NCBI RefSeq assembly: GCF_004765795.1
Contig: NZ_SBIV01000001.1
Location: 620,001 to 684,000, forward strand
Origin: Halorussus marinus
GTDB lineage: Archaea; Halobacteriota; Halobacteria; Halobacteriales; Haladaptataceae
DNA length: 64,000 bases
Reading direction: 5' to 3'
Shown here: positions 41,868 through 51,806 of the stretch, in pieces
Layout: every line of letters begins with the position of its first letter
How positions within the stretch are numbered: the first letter of the stretch is position 1
Position numbers and translations under genes: made by a program
The notes under the pieces: model-generated
The model's input: only the letters and a program-made list of their open reading frames with translations
Told to the model about the DNA's origin: nothing
Databases searched by the model: none

Positions 41868-42359
41868 CTATCCGGCGACGATCAGTCGTCGGACCCCGGC
41901 CTCGACGAGTGCGAGGACACAGAGCCCGGCGACCACCGCGGCCCCGAAGAAGGGGTATATCGCGAGCGGGTCGGACTCCCCGCCGACTCGGAGAAAGAGA
42001 TACCACACCAGTGCGGTCGCGCCGAACAGCCCCGCCAGCGGCGCGACCAGCCCCCACCGGGCGTAGGCGTAGTAGGGGATCGCGGCGTGGCCGACCAGCA
42101 CGACCGCGGTGGCCCCGCCGACGAGTAGCCACACGCGGGCGGTCGCCGTCGGAAACAGGTCGGTGACGAATCGTGCCCCGGCCCACACGCCGAGCGAGAC
42201 CGCGGCGTACGCGAGTCCGCCCCCGACCGCGAACGCCCACGGCGCCGGCAGGCGCTCGCGGACCGCGAACGGCATCGCGGCGGCGAACGCGCCGGCGCCA
42301 CAGGCGATCGCGACGGTGAGCGCCTCGCTCCCCAGCGCGGGGTCGGGCGTCCCGGGCAT
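41868..42359 (-). CDS. Hypothetical multi-TM membrane protein
   Basis: About five hydrophobic segments; starts 1 bp after mscS stop. Confidence 0.6.
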   Translation of the reverse strand: MPGTPDPALGSEALTVAIACGAGAFAAAMPFAVRERLPAPWAFAVGGGLAYAAVSLGVWAGARFVTDLFPTATARVWLLVGGATAVVLVGHAAIPYYAYARWGLVAPLAGLFGATALVWYLFLRVGGESDPLAIYPFFGAAVVAGLCVLALVEAGVRRLIVAG

Positions 42360-42360
42360 C

Positions 42361-43146
42361 TCAGTCTCGGATCCGGACGACGCCGTCCTCGAACACTCGC
42401 CTGTTGGGGATGATGTACTCCTCGCCGTCGCCCTCGATGCGGGTCACGAAGACGTCGATCTCCTGGACGATGCCGCGGTCCTCGCCGACCCGGACCTCGT
42501 CGCCGATGCCGTACGGTTGGTTCAACAGGAGGTAGACGCCCGCGGCCGAAGACTGCAGGAGGTCCCGGAACGCGACCGCGCTGAACAGGATGATAGCGAG
42601 CGCGTACGAGCCGAGCAGGATCAAAAGCGCCTCGATGTCGACGCCGACCTGTCCGAGCGCGACCAGCGCGGCCAGATAGACGATGGTGTACTTGACCGTC
42701 CGCGGGATGATGTTGACCTCCGGGAGCTTGACCGAGCGCAGGCGTTCGCTGACGACCAGTTCGGCCTTGTCGGCGACCACGAAGCCGACGATGAACACCA
42801 GAACCGCGATGAAGAGGTCGGGGATGAACGTGAGCACGCCGCTCCAGAACAGCTGGGCGTTCAACAGCTCCGCGATGTTGAGCGCGATGAGCACGACGAC
42901 GCCGTAGATGAACCACGAGCTGAGCCGCGCGACCAGCGAGACCGTGTCGGTGCCGAGGCTCTGGGCGGTGCGCTCGAACGGCGTCCGCTCGACCGCGTCG
43001 GGGACGCCGGCGGCCACCAGCAGGCGCTTGTTCAGTCGGCCGATGACGTAGCCAGCCACCAGTCCGGCCGCGAGCACGAGGACCGCGAGGACGAACTGAA
43101 ACTCGTCGCGCATCAGGACGGTCCAGTCGACCTGCAGGGGCGCCAT
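42361..43146 (-). CDS. mscS: Small-conductance mechanosensitive channel
   Basis: TM helices; AAGVYLLLNQPYGIGDEV...IIPN. Confidence 0.9.
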   Translation of the reverse strand: MAPLQVDWTVLMRDEFQFVLAVLVLAAGLVAGYVIGRLNKRLLVAAGVPDAVERTPFERTAQSLGTDTVSLVARLSSWFIYGVVVLIALNIAELLNAQLFWSGVLTFIPDLFIAVLVFIVGFVVADKAELVVSERLRSVKLPEVNIIPRTVKYTIVYLAALVALGQVGVDIEALLILLGSYALAIILFSAVAFRDLLQSSAAGVYLLLNQPYGIGDEVRVGEDRGIVQEIDVFVTRIEGDGEEYIIPNRRVFEDGVVRIRD

Positions 43147-43961
43147 CAGTACTCCTCCGGATCGAGCTCCAAGACCAGTTCGCCACCTTTGAACGCCCGG
43201 ACCATCCCGTCGCTCTCCGAGAGCACGATCGCGGTCGCGTTCGTCTCGCGGGTGATCGAGCCGGCGGCCATGTGGCGAGCCCCCAGCCCCTTCGGGATGT
43301 CGACCCCCTCGGCGGAGGGTTCGAGGTACCGGTACGCCGAGACGATCTTGCCGGCGTCGGAGATGACGAACGCGCCGTCGAGCCGCGAGAACTCCTTGAG
43401 CATCACGTTCACGATGGGGTCGCCGACGTGGACGTGGGACTTCTCGAAGGGGTTGTAACTGAGCGGGCGGGACTTGTTCATCACCTTGCCGGCGTCGCCG
43501 ACCACGAACAGCGCGCCGACGGGCTTGCCCTTCTGGCCCTTCTTGCCGAGTTCGATCGCGACGTCGAACACGTCCCGGATGACCCCGGGCTCGGCCCGCG
43601 AGCCGGCGAACAGTTCGTAGACGCCCGACCGCATCGACTCGCTGACCCGCACGCGCGTGGCGGTGTCGGTGTTCTCCCCGAACATCGAGGTGGTGCAGAC
43701 GACCGCATCGCCGTCGTCGACGAGCCCCTCCTCCATCGCGCCCTCGACGCCGAAGGCGATCCGGTCCTCGACGCCGTCGAACTCAAGCGGGAGCTCGACG
43801 AAGGTGTCGGCCCCGACCGTGTTCTCCGGCGAGACGACCACGAGTTCCACGTCCGAATCGAGGTCGGCGAACCGATCGTAGTAAGAGCCGCTCGGCGAGA
43901 ACAGGAAAACGGCGTCCGCGTCGTCGACGATATCCCCCAAGAGTTCGCTCACGTCTGCCAT
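43146..43961 (-). CDS. dacZ: Diadenylate cyclase DacZ
   Basis: GALFVVG, LDGAF and GARHMAA DAC motifs; LSESDG. Confidence 0.93.
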   Translation of the reverse strand: MADVSELLGDIVDDADAVFLFSPSGSYYDRFADLDSDVELVVVSPENTVGADTFVELPLEFDGVEDRIAFGVEGAMEEGLVDDGDAVVCTTSMFGENTDTATRVRVSESMRSGVYELFAGSRAEPGVIRDVFDVAIELGKKGQKGKPVGALFVVGDAGKVMNKSRPLSYNPFEKSHVHVGDPIVNVMLKEFSRLDGAFVISDAGKIVSAYRYLEPSAEGVDIPKGLGARHMAAGSITRETNATAIVLSESDGMVRAFKGGELVLELDPEEY

Positions 43962-44103
43962 TACCCGAAACGACTCAGTCACCGGAGAAAAGGTTTGTGG
44001 GAGTATGTGTCAGTTGTGCGGCGATTGGGGGCCCCAAGAGTGCATCGTATGCGCTACCGCGACTGGTCTCCCCGACGTTCGATACGTGACAGCGCCCCGT
44101 CGC

Positions 44104-47100
44104 TCAGAACACGTCGAGATACTCCTCGACGACCTCGCGCTCGTCGTCGGTCAGATCGAACAGGTCGTAGACCGCGTCGTCGATTTGGGCTTCGAGATCT
44201 TCGATGTCGGTCTGTCGGACGTCCTCGCGGTCTGCTTCGAGTCGGTCGAGCAGTTCGACTACGCCGCCATCGGTGCGGGGAATCGGAATTGTCATTTCCT
44301 CGCCGCTCTTGACGTTCCGACCGTCCACGGCGTCGTGGACGTACTCGGCCCTTCGCTTTCGAGCCTCGCGATCTTCGGAGTACATCGCCGGGTCGTTGAT
44401 GGTATCCGATCGCCCGGCCTGCACGGTGAAATTCCCGTCTACGTCGCCCTGTACTTCGGCATCCACCGGATACCGGCGAGTCTGCCACTCGTAGGTGACG
44501 TAGTCGAGTTCGCCGTCGTAGTCGCCGAGGTAGGCTTCGGGGAAGCGGTCGGTCCTGCTGTCGAGGTCGATGGTATCAACTATCTCCTCGGCCTTCTCGC
44601 GCATCGTTCCGAAGACGCCAACGCTATCCTCGGTAGCACAAGGTATCGGATTCACATACTGCGCCCGATACTCATAGTACCCACCGGCCTTGACCGTCGA
44701 TATGTGTTTGAAGTAATACTCCAAAGCCTTGGAGTTTAGTTGACAGGCAATTACCTCTGTCAGCCCTTGCCAATCTTCACTCAGTAAGGCCGCATAGGCT
44801 GTCTTGAAGTACCACGTTCCTTCTTCGTCTAACATGAACGCGGGCTCATCTGTAATATGGGCAAAGACCGTCTTTGGACGCTCAAACCGTTCCAGATTTC
44901 GAGGATAAGCAAACTCCCACCAGTTCTCGCTATCTTCCCACCGGCCACCCTGTCTACTCCGCAATTCGTCTTCGTGAGCCTTGAAATACTTCCAAGTGAG
45001 AGGATATTCGTCGCGTAGGGTTTCTTTTGAGATTAGTTGGTCTTCCCGGCTTCCCTCACCTAAGGATGTGTATGGAAGGATGACGTGATTACCCGACCAC
45101 TCGCACCGCCAACGCTGAACGTCACTGCCACTTAGCCAAGGCCGTAAGAAGTCCGTTTCAATTTCGTATTCTTGTGTCCCTCCGCTGGGGATTACGGTCA
45201 CAGTGTCGCCCTCGTCGTTGGAACGAATCTGGTGAGCGTCCATTACTTCGACCACATAGACGCTATTTGACCCTGTTGTTGGACCCGGGAAGATCGCATC
45301 AGTAATATCCCGCATCCGATTGTCGCCCTCTTGCTCCATCTTGTCGAAGATTTCCTGTTCCTGAGGAGGCATCAGCGCCCAGTAATCAGTCCCGAGCTCA
45401 CGCTGGGGATAATCGAATACGTCGATAAGTTCATCAGTGTAACCGGGTTCATCTCGATGCTCACGTACTGATTCAATAACGTCCTCGTCTAACTCTCGGT
45501 CAGTGTTTTCATCTGTTTCTGCTCGAACCCGGACACATCTGATAGTGTTGTCATTACGTGTCTTTTTGTCAGGCTCGTCTTCCAATATTACGACAGCAGG
45601 ATAGTTCGTAGCGTCCTCAAATACTCCGGAGTCCCTGAAGTCGTAGATTTCCCGTATGAGTGAGTCTTCCAGGATAATTTCCCGGGTATTTTCCCCGTAG
45701 TCGGTAACCATGAACTGATTCGGAGTAATGAACCCAAGTTTCCCGCTTCCTTCTACCAACCAATCAAGCCCCCTTTCGTAAAACGGACAGTATAGGTCAA
45801 ATTGGCCTACTGCGGAGTCATATAGACTCTGAATTATTTCCTTTTGTTCGTCTCTGATATTTTGGATATTCACGTAGGGCGGATTCCCCACGACGTAGTC
45901 GTACTCCATGTAGTTCTTCACGACGAGCGCGAGCACGGTGTCCTCGAACATCTTGAACAAACGCCCGTCGTTGTGCTCTTCCTTGAGATACCGCACGTTC
46001 TCCAGCATGTCGTCGACGTACGGTGCGAAGAACTCCTCGACGCCAGAGTAGTCCTGTGAGGTGTGCTGATTGATGCGCTCTTCGAGCCCGCTTTTGTACT
46101 CCCAGTCGAAGTCGCCGCCGAACTCCTCGGCCAGCGCCATGTGGTCCTTGACGGTGTCCAAGACGCCTTGTAGCGCCGCGAAGTATTCCCCGAAGTTCCC
46201 CACGCCCGTCTCCAATTGGATGGTGTCGAACAGCGGCATCCGAACCCGGCGCACGAGGAAGCCGTCTTCCGTTTCGGGCGCTTCCTCCTCGTCCACCTCG
46301 ACTGGAAGCGGAACCGGGATTCGTACGTCCTGTTCGTCTTCGGTCATCGCATCGAATGTCATCTGGCGCGTCCCGTCGTCGCCCAGATCCGCGCCAGTCA
46401 GTTCCCGTTCGTTGCGGAGCGTGTCGGTCCGGTAGATCGGGAGCCGACGAAGCGTGAACTCCGGGTTCTGTCCTTTGGCCTCACGGTAGGCCGGGAGAAT
46501 CGCCACTACGAACCGGATCTGTGCCATCAGCACCGCGAACGGATGGATATCGAGCCCGACGATTCGCGGACGCGTACACAGATCACGTAAATGCTCTTCC
46601 CAGTCGGGGTCGTCCTCGTAGCGTTCCACGTCCTCGATGTATCGCTCGACTGCTTCGACGAGGAACGTACCGGACCCACACGACGGGTCGATAAGCCGTT
46701 CGTTCGAGACACCATGCTCGTACCCGACCCCGTCCATGATGTAGTCGATGACCGGCTGAGGAGTGTAGAACTCCCCGAGCGCTTTGCGCGTCTCAGGGTC
46801 GAAGTATCGCTGGTACAGATCACCGAGCAGGTCGCCCTGTACGTCCGAGAAGTCGAACCGGAGTACGTTGAAGAATACCTCGGCTACCGCTCGGCTGAAG
46901 CGGTCCCGCGTGGCCTCGCTTACGCGCTCTACACCACCCGTTTCCTTGGCCACGGCCTCGAACTGGTTCGGGCCCGATTCGTGCCCGCGAGAGAGCTGTT
47001 CGGCGTACCCATCGGTCCACCAAATGAAGATGTCGTCCTGAAACAGCCCTTCCACCAACTGGTCCTGCATATCATCGATGAGATTGTCCGCCGCGACGGG

Positions 47101-48006
47101 GAACGCATCGAGGTTGATGCTGTCGCCGAAGCCCTGCAACCCCCGGAAGTAGTCGTCCATCCCCTCGTATCCGGTCCCGGCGAAGAAGTCGTGGTCCTCG
47201 GTCGCCTTCGCCAGCAGGAGCCGAGCGAGGAGCGCGTGCCCGCTTTCCAGACAGAACATGAAGTCTCGAAGCGACTGTTTACCATCGATGAACGGCTCCC
47301 ACGACTTTGGTACCTCGTCCGGCTCGTCGGCGTACGTTGCTTCCCAGAAGTCGTACGCACCCTTAACGAACTTCGCTTCTTGTTCGTCCCGGAGTTCCTC
47401 CAAAAGGTCTAGCATCCCGACGACGAGGTTGGCAAACGGACTCCCTTCTTCGAGCCGAAAGGTATCGAAGAAGTGCTCCTGTCCGAGTTGGGCCTGATCG
47501 TGTAGCGGAATCGGATCGAGGGCCCCGAGAAATCTGTTAACGTCGTCGGGATCCGTTAGATCGAACGTTCGCTTTTGGAGCGCACTAGTGATGTCGCGGG
47601 CTTGGCTTTCGCTTACCGCGTCCAGCGAGACGACCACCATCGGACGGTCCTGCCCTCGACGATAGAGACGCAACTGCTCGCCGTTTGTCAGAACCCCGTA
47701 CTCGGCCCGAAGATGGTCCATGTAGTGGAACAACTGTGATTCGTGTGGCACGAGGTCACGGCCGGTGGTCTTGAATTCATAGACCGCAGTGACGGCTTCG
47801 TTGTTATCTAACGTGAGGTAATCCGGACGACGGTCGTCGGGGAGTGTGAATTCGCTTCTGAGATCAACCCCAGTTCCTTCGTAGTCGAGGGCGTCGTAGA
47901 AACCCCGTTCGAGGAACAGATTCTCCACGTCACGCTCGCTCATTTCCCCGTCAGTCTGTTTTGCGATCGCATGGAGGGCATCGTGGAGCCCGGAAGCGTC
48001 TGCCAT
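44104..48006 (-). CDS. Type IIG (Eco57I-like) fused restriction endonuclease, N6A methyltransferase and TRD, 1300 aa
   Basis: PD...EFK nuclease (RPDYL...VYEFKT), GEFYTP, IDPSCGSGTFL, GNPPY, TaqI_C-like C-terminal region, IDDAVYDLFDLT end. Confidence 0.9.
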   Translation of the reverse strand: MADASGLHDALHAIAKQTDGEMSERDVENLFLERGFYDALDYEGTGVDLRSEFTLPDDRRPDYLTLDNNEAVTAVYEFKTTGRDLVPHESQLFHYMDHLRAEYGVLTNGEQLRLYRRGQDRPMVVVSLDAVSESQARDITSALQKRTFDLTDPDDVNRFLGALDPIPLHDQAQLGQEHFFDTFRLEEGSPFANLVVGMLDLLEELRDEQEAKFVKGAYDFWEATYADEPDEVPKSWEPFIDGKQSLRDFMFCLESGHALLARLLLAKATEDHDFFAGTGYEGMDDYFRGLQGFGDSINLDAFPVAADNLIDDMQDQLVEGLFQDDIFIWWTDGYAEQLSRGHESGPNQFEAVAKETGGVERVSEATRDRFSRAVAEVFFNVLRFDFSDVQGDLLGDLYQRYFDPETRKALGEFYTPQPVIDYIMDGVGYEHGVSNERLIDPSCGSGTFLVEAVERYIEDVERYEDDPDWEEHLRDLCTRPRIVGLDIHPFAVLMAQIRFVVAILPAYREAKGQNPEFTLRRLPIYRTDTLRNERELTGADLGDDGTRQMTFDAMTEDEQDVRIPVPLPVEVDEEEAPETEDGFLVRRVRMPLFDTIQLETGVGNFGEYFAALQGVLDTVKDHMALAEEFGGDFDWEYKSGLEERINQHTSQDYSGVEEFFAPYVDDMLENVRYLKEEHNDGRLFKMFEDTVLALVVKNYMEYDYVVGNPPYVNIQNIRDEQKEIIQSLYDSAVGQFDLYCPFYERGLDWLVEGSGKLGFITPNQFMVTDYGENTREIILEDSLIREIYDFRDSGVFEDATNYPAVVILEDEPDKKTRNDNTIRCVRVRAETDENTDRELDEDVIESVREHRDEPGYTDELIDVFDYPQRELGTDYWALMPPQEQEIFDKMEQEGDNRMRDITDAIFPGPTTGSNSVYVVEVMDAHQIRSNDEGDTVTVIPSGGTQEYEIETDFLRPWLSGSDVQRWRCEWSGNHVILPYTSLGEGSREDQLISKETLRDEYPLTWKYFKAHEDELRSRQGGRWEDSENWWEFAYPRNLERFERPKTVFAHITDEPAFMLDEEGTWYFKTAYAALLSEDWQGLTEVIACQLNSKALEYYFKHISTVKAGGYYEYRAQYVNPIPCATEDSVGVFGTMREKAEEIVDTIDLDSRTDRFPEAYLGDYDGELDYVTYEWQTRRYPVDAEVQGDVDGNFTVQAGRSDTINDPAMYSEDREARKRRAEYVHDAVDGRNVKSGEEMTIPIPRTDGGVVELLDRLEADREDVRQTDIEDLEAQIDDAVYDLFDLTDDEREVVEEYLDVF

Positions 48007-48184
48007 TACTCCGTTCCACTCAACTGGTCTTCAAAAAGGTACTCGAAAGAGAAGACACAGGCACAAATATTTCGAGTCGGACCCGATTCGAAGCACAATG
48101 TTCGCTCGGAATTATCAGTCAGACTCGCATGGCTCTTACCTTATCGCGAGGCCTCTATCAACCGAACTGTTGGAGAAGCATCCC

Positions 48185-48243
48185 CAGGACCGGATTCGAA
48201 CCGGAGCGAGACGGTCGACCTCGCAAGGTTCGAATCGGTCCTG
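48185..48243. repeat. tRNA-T-arm-derived inverted repeat
   Basis: CAGGACCGGATTCGAACC ... GGTTCGAATCGGTCCTG; 48187-48204 identical to tRNA positions 48274-48291. Confidence 0.85.
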
Positions 48244-48267
48244 CTCTTCGCTCACTGCGTTCGTTCA

Positions 48268-48352
48268 TGCGCGGGACCGGATTCGAACCGGCGGACCCCT
48301 ACGGGATAGCGTCCTAAGCGCTACGCCGTTGGCCTGGCTTGGCAACCCGCGC
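48268..48352 (-). tRNA. tRNA-Leu(TAG), 85 nt, long variable arm, CCA not encoded
   Basis: GCGCGGG acceptor stem, anticodon loop CT-TAG-GA, GGTTCGAATCC T-arm, discriminator A. Confidence 0.97.
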
Positions 48353-48434
48353 TCGACTCACGCTACCCGCGAGGGAGACAAGAAGGTGTCGTTCTCTGCG
48401 AGCGTTTATGTGGGACCGCGCGCTACCCCCGCCC

Positions 48435-48758
48435 GTGTATCGAGCGCGCGATCACGTCGAAAACGAGCGGTGGCTCGCGGAGCTCCAGCAGATAGCCGAC
48501 CGGCTCGACCTCGAAACGGCCGCCCGGTCGCGGGCGACCGACCTCTACCTCTCGACGGTCACCGACTGGGACGACGACGCCGACGAGGCGTCCAAGCGGG
48601 CGGTCCTCGCGGCCAGCCTCTACGCCGGCTCGCTCATCGAGAGCGACCAGCGCTCACAGAGCGCGGTCGCCGACGCCGCGGGGGTGTCCCGACTCACCGT
48701 CCAACAGCGCTGGAAGGACCTGCTCGAACGGGCGGGGCTCGAACCGCCGTCGTGGTAG
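48435..48758 (+). CDS. TFIIB/cyclin-fold small protein
   Basis: GTG start; YRARDHVENERWL...AASLYAG...SQSAVADAAGVSRLTVQQRWK. Confidence 0.8.
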   Translation: MYRARDHVENERWLAELQQIADRLDLETAARSRATDLYLSTVTDWDDDADEASKRAVLAASLYAGSLIESDQRSQSAVADAAGVSRLTVQQRWKDLLERAGLEPPSW

Positions 48759-48813
48759 GTCCCAGCGGCGCCCGGCGCTCGCACCCCGACGACTCGTCCG
48801 CCCGGTCGGACGC

Positions 48814-49302
48814 TCACTGCTCGGCGGCCCGGCCGTCGCGGTCGGGCGTGACGTTGCCGCGTTCGTCGATCTCGCCGTTGACGATGCGGGTGCTCGAGAT
48901 GATGTCGCCGTCCTCGGCGCGGACGTGGGGGACCACTTCTACTTCGAGGGGCGCTCGGCCCAGTTCCGTCCGTCGGTCGTTGATGCGGGCCGCGCCGTCG
49001 GTCGTCTCGGGCGAGACGATCAGCACGTCGAACTGCGGCTCGGTGGCGATGCCCGTGGGTTCGGTGAGCTCGCGGATCTCGAACTCCCGGTCGTACTCGT
49101 CGGCGAACGACGCGAGCTCGGTTTCGAGGTCGCGGCGGCGCTCGTCGAACGAGCGGACGTACCGATCCTCGTGGCGGGTCTTCGGCGCGAGTTCGTCGCT
49201 CGTCAGTCCGACCGTCACGTCCCCGAGTTCGAACGCGCGCTCGAACAGCGCGCGGTGGCCGTCGTGGACCGGGTCGAAGGTCCCGCCCAGGGCAACCTCC
49301 AT
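48814..49302 (-). CDS. coaD: Archaeal phosphopantetheine adenylyltransferase
   Basis: GGTFDPVHDGH, VSPET, ISSTRI. Confidence 0.93.
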   Translation of the reverse strand: MEVALGGTFDPVHDGHRALFERAFELGDVTVGLTSDELAPKTRHEDRYVRSFDERRRDLETELASFADEYDREFEIRELTEPTGIATEPQFDVLIVSPETTDGAARINDRRTELGRAPLEVEVVPHVRAEDGDIISSTRIVNGEIDERGNVTPDRDGRAAEQ

Positions 49303-49352
49303 ACCCCGGCGAAGGGCACCCCGCGGCTTAGTGCCTTCGGAACCGCGTCACT

Positions 49353-49961
49353 TCACGACTCGTCGTCGGGGTCGCCGTCCTCGACTTCGATGCTCACCGG
49401 CTCGGTCGTCTCGGCGGTCCCCTCTCCGCGTTCGAGGTGGTCGTCGAGGTTGAACACGGTGTTGAGCTCGTCTTGGACCTGTCCGACGACGCCCGAGACG
49501 AGTTCGCTCGGGGCGATGGCGGTGTACTCGTAGGGGTTGTTGCCCGCGCCTTCGCTCTCGCGTTTGCGACGCTCGACTTTCTCCTCGGCGTGGAGCTCCG
49601 CGAGCGACTCCCGGACGGTGCTCGGGTAGAGGCCGGTCCCCTCTGCGATCTCCTCGCTCGTGCTGTGGGGGTGCTGGCGGAGGTAGACGTATATCCGGGC
49701 GCGCGTGTCGGTGTCGAGCACCCACGAAAGCAGGTCGACGATGCCCTGATCGAACTGATCGACCGCCCTGTCGGCCTCCTCTTCGAGGCGCTCGCGGCCC
49801 TTGTTCAGTCGCTCGCGGCCCTCTTCGGCGGGAGTCTCTTGGTCGACCGGGATCGACTCGCCGGGGTCCCGTTCGTCGTCGACCGTCCCGTCCTCGACGC
49901 CGTCGACCGTCTCGTCGACACCGTCGTCTCCGTCTGCGTCGTCTGAATTCTCTCCGGACAT
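49353..49961 (-). CDS. HTH transcriptional regulator with acidic N-terminus
   Basis: TRARIYVYL...TSEEIAEGTGLYPSTVRESL...GNNPYEY. Confidence 0.85.
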   Translation of the reverse strand: MSGENSDDADGDDGVDETVDGVEDGTVDDERDPGESIPVDQETPAEEGRERLNKGRERLEEEADRAVDQFDQGIVDLLSWVLDTDTRARIYVYLRQHPHSTSEEIAEGTGLYPSTVRESLAELHAEEKVERRKRESEGAGNNPYEYTAIAPSELVSGVVGQVQDELNTVFNLDDHLERGEGTAETTEPVSIEVEDGDPDDES

Positions 49962-50030
49962 GTCCTTTCTACGAGGACAAAAGTCGCCACCGGGTAAAAG
50001 CCTTGCTTACGTGGCGATCCCCGACCACAG

Positions 50031-51107
50031 CTACTCGACGATCAGCGACTCGTAGAGCGCCTCGACGCCGTCCTCCTCGCTGATCCGGCGCTGGCTGGCC
50101 GCGCCGCTCTCGGCGTCGTACACGTCTCGGATCCCTGATACGCCGAGCCGATCGCACTCCCGATCGACCGCCTCCCCGAGATCGATCTCGCCGTCGCGGT
50201 CGCGGTCGACGAACGACGCCGCGTGTCCGTACCGCATGGCGCGCCACTTGTTCTCGTCGAGGAGCTCTCGGCGGTGGCGATACCCCGTCTCGCCGTCCTC
50301 GTAGCGCTCGGCCAGTTCGGTCACCAGCGCGTGGACGTACTCGACGAACGCCAACACGACCTCCGGGTCGGCCTGCCCGTCGGGCGTCCTGACTTCGACC
50401 GTGCCGTGGCCGGTGTGAGGACGCACGTCGTACCAGAGTTCGCCCCGATCGTTGATCGACCCCGTCTCGACCATCGTCTCCTCGAACGACGCAAACGCCT
50501 CGTAGGAGTCGAACGTCGTCGGCATCCCGGTGTTCGGGAGTGCCTCGAAGATCTTCGCGCGGGCCGACTGGAGCCCGGTGTCGTAGCCGTTCCAGTACGG
50601 CGAGTTCGCCGACAGCGCGAGCATCACCGGGAGGTACCACCGCACCTCGTTGGCGACCCACACCGCCTTCTCGGGGTCGTCGACGCCGACGTGGACGTGC
50701 AGTCCTGCGGTCGTGTTCCGGTGCTGTGGGTACTGGATCCGATCGAGCTGGGCGCGATACCGGGGCTTCTCGGCGTGTTCGAGCTCCCGCCACAGTGCGC
50801 CCGGGTGGAGCCCGGCGGCCGCGATGCGGTACCCCGCGGCCTCGGCGTGGTTGACCAGCGCCGATCGGACCGCGAGCACCCGGTCGCGGGCCTCGCTCAC
50901 CCGGTCGATCCTCGGCGTCTGGGTCTCGATCACGCACTTGAAAAGCTCGTGGTCGAGGCGTCCGTCGAGTATCTCGGGCGGGTCGCGCTCGTAGACGAGT
51001 TCGTCGGTCCCCGCGGTCGGCCGGCCCCGGCCGTCCACGACGAAGAACTCCTCCTCGACGCCCAGCGTGCCCATCTCCGTGAAGTTCGAAGCCGAACCCG
51101 AGTCCAT
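50031..51107 (-). CDS. gshA: Glutamate--cysteine ligase (GCS2 family)
   Basis: [34 protein letters not shown]. Confidence 0.9.
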   Translation of the reverse strand: MDSGSASNFTEMGTLGVEEEFFVVDGRGRPTAGTDELVYERDPPEILDGRLDHELFKCVIETQTPRIDRVSEARDRVLAVRSALVNHAEAAGYRIAAAGLHPGALWRELEHAEKPRYRAQLDRIQYPQHRNTTAGLHVHVGVDDPEKAVWVANEVRWYLPVMLALSANSPYWNGYDTGLQSARAKIFEALPNTGMPTTFDSYEAFASFEETMVETGSINDRGELWYDVRPHTGHGTVEVRTPDGQADPEVVLAFVEYVHALVTELAERYEDGETGYRHRRELLDENKWRAMRYGHAASFVDRDRDGEIDLGEAVDRECDRLGVSGIRDVYDAESGAASQRRISEEDGVEALYESLIVE

Positions 51108-51170
51108 TTTTCGAGCTTTCGTAACCCGCGGTATAAATAGTTCCGAACCCGGCAGGGTCGGTCGCGAGCC

Positions 51171-51806
51171 CTACCGCGGCCGGGCGACCACGCCGAGGTG
51201 GTCCTCGTGGTACGGTTCAAGGCGCTCGGTCGCCACCACCTCGTAGGTCGGTTCGAGCGCCGCCAGCGCGTCCTCGAACACCGCCGCCGGCTCTCGGGTC
51301 ACGTCCTCGCTCCGGGCCTTGATCGCGGCCACCAGTCGGCCGTCGTCCGCGAGAAACCGCGCGTTCTCGACCGCGACGCGGGCCTGTCCGCGAGTCGCGA
51401 CGTCCTGGACCACCACGTCGACGTCGGACTCGACGACGTGGGCGTACGTCTCGGGCTTTCGGGCGTCTTTCAGGAGCGGGAACAGGTTCCGGCGGTCCTC
51501 GGCGACCCCCACGAGGTCCCGGACGGGCCGGGGCGCAAACTCCACCGCGTAGGTCGGGGCGGCGAAGTCCGCGACGTGACTCACCGTCGTCCCGCTGGCC
51601 GCCCCCAGATAGAGGACGGTGTCCCCGCCCGCCAGCCCGGCGTCCATCCCGAGTTCGACCATCGCGCCGAGCTTCGATCGCCCGGCGTCCCAGAGGCGCC
51701 ACCCCTCGTCGGTCGGCTCGCCGTACACCGGCTCGCCCCGTGTCGCGAGCCGCGACTCCCCGTCGAACGACCGGCGCTCGACGCCGGTCGGGAGATCCTC
51801 GCTCAT
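51171..51806 (-). CDS. flpA: Fibrillarin-like 2'-O-methyltransferase
   Basis: RSKLGA, VLYLGAASGTTVSHV, DARKPETY, QDVATRGQ. Confidence 0.95.
   Translation of the reverse strand: MSEDLPTGVERRSFDGESRLATRGEPVYGEPTDEGWRLWDAGRSKLGAMVELGMDAGLAGGDTVLYLGAASGTTVSHVADFAAPTYAVEFAPRPVRDLVGVAEDRRNLFPLLKDARKPETYAHVVESDVDVVVQDVATRGQARVAVENARFLADDGRLVAAIKARSEDVTREPAAVFEDALAALEPTYEVVATERLEPYHEDHLGVVARPR

Noticed and set aside
30981..43961. cyaB and dacZ as a cyclic-nucleotide defence system
   Set aside because: Both are housekeeping-type genes about 11.6 kb apart with no effector; CYTH proteins are often triphosphatases
43962..44103. Second att copy bounding the RM islet on the left
   Set aside because: No recognisable match to the tRNA-Leu 3' end was found
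44104..48006. BREX PglX or DISARM system
   Set aside because: No brxC, pglZ or drm genes adjacent, and the protein has its own N-terminal nuclease motif
48185..48243. Second tRNA gene
   Set aside because: Only T-arm sequence in inverted arrangement; no D or anticodon arms
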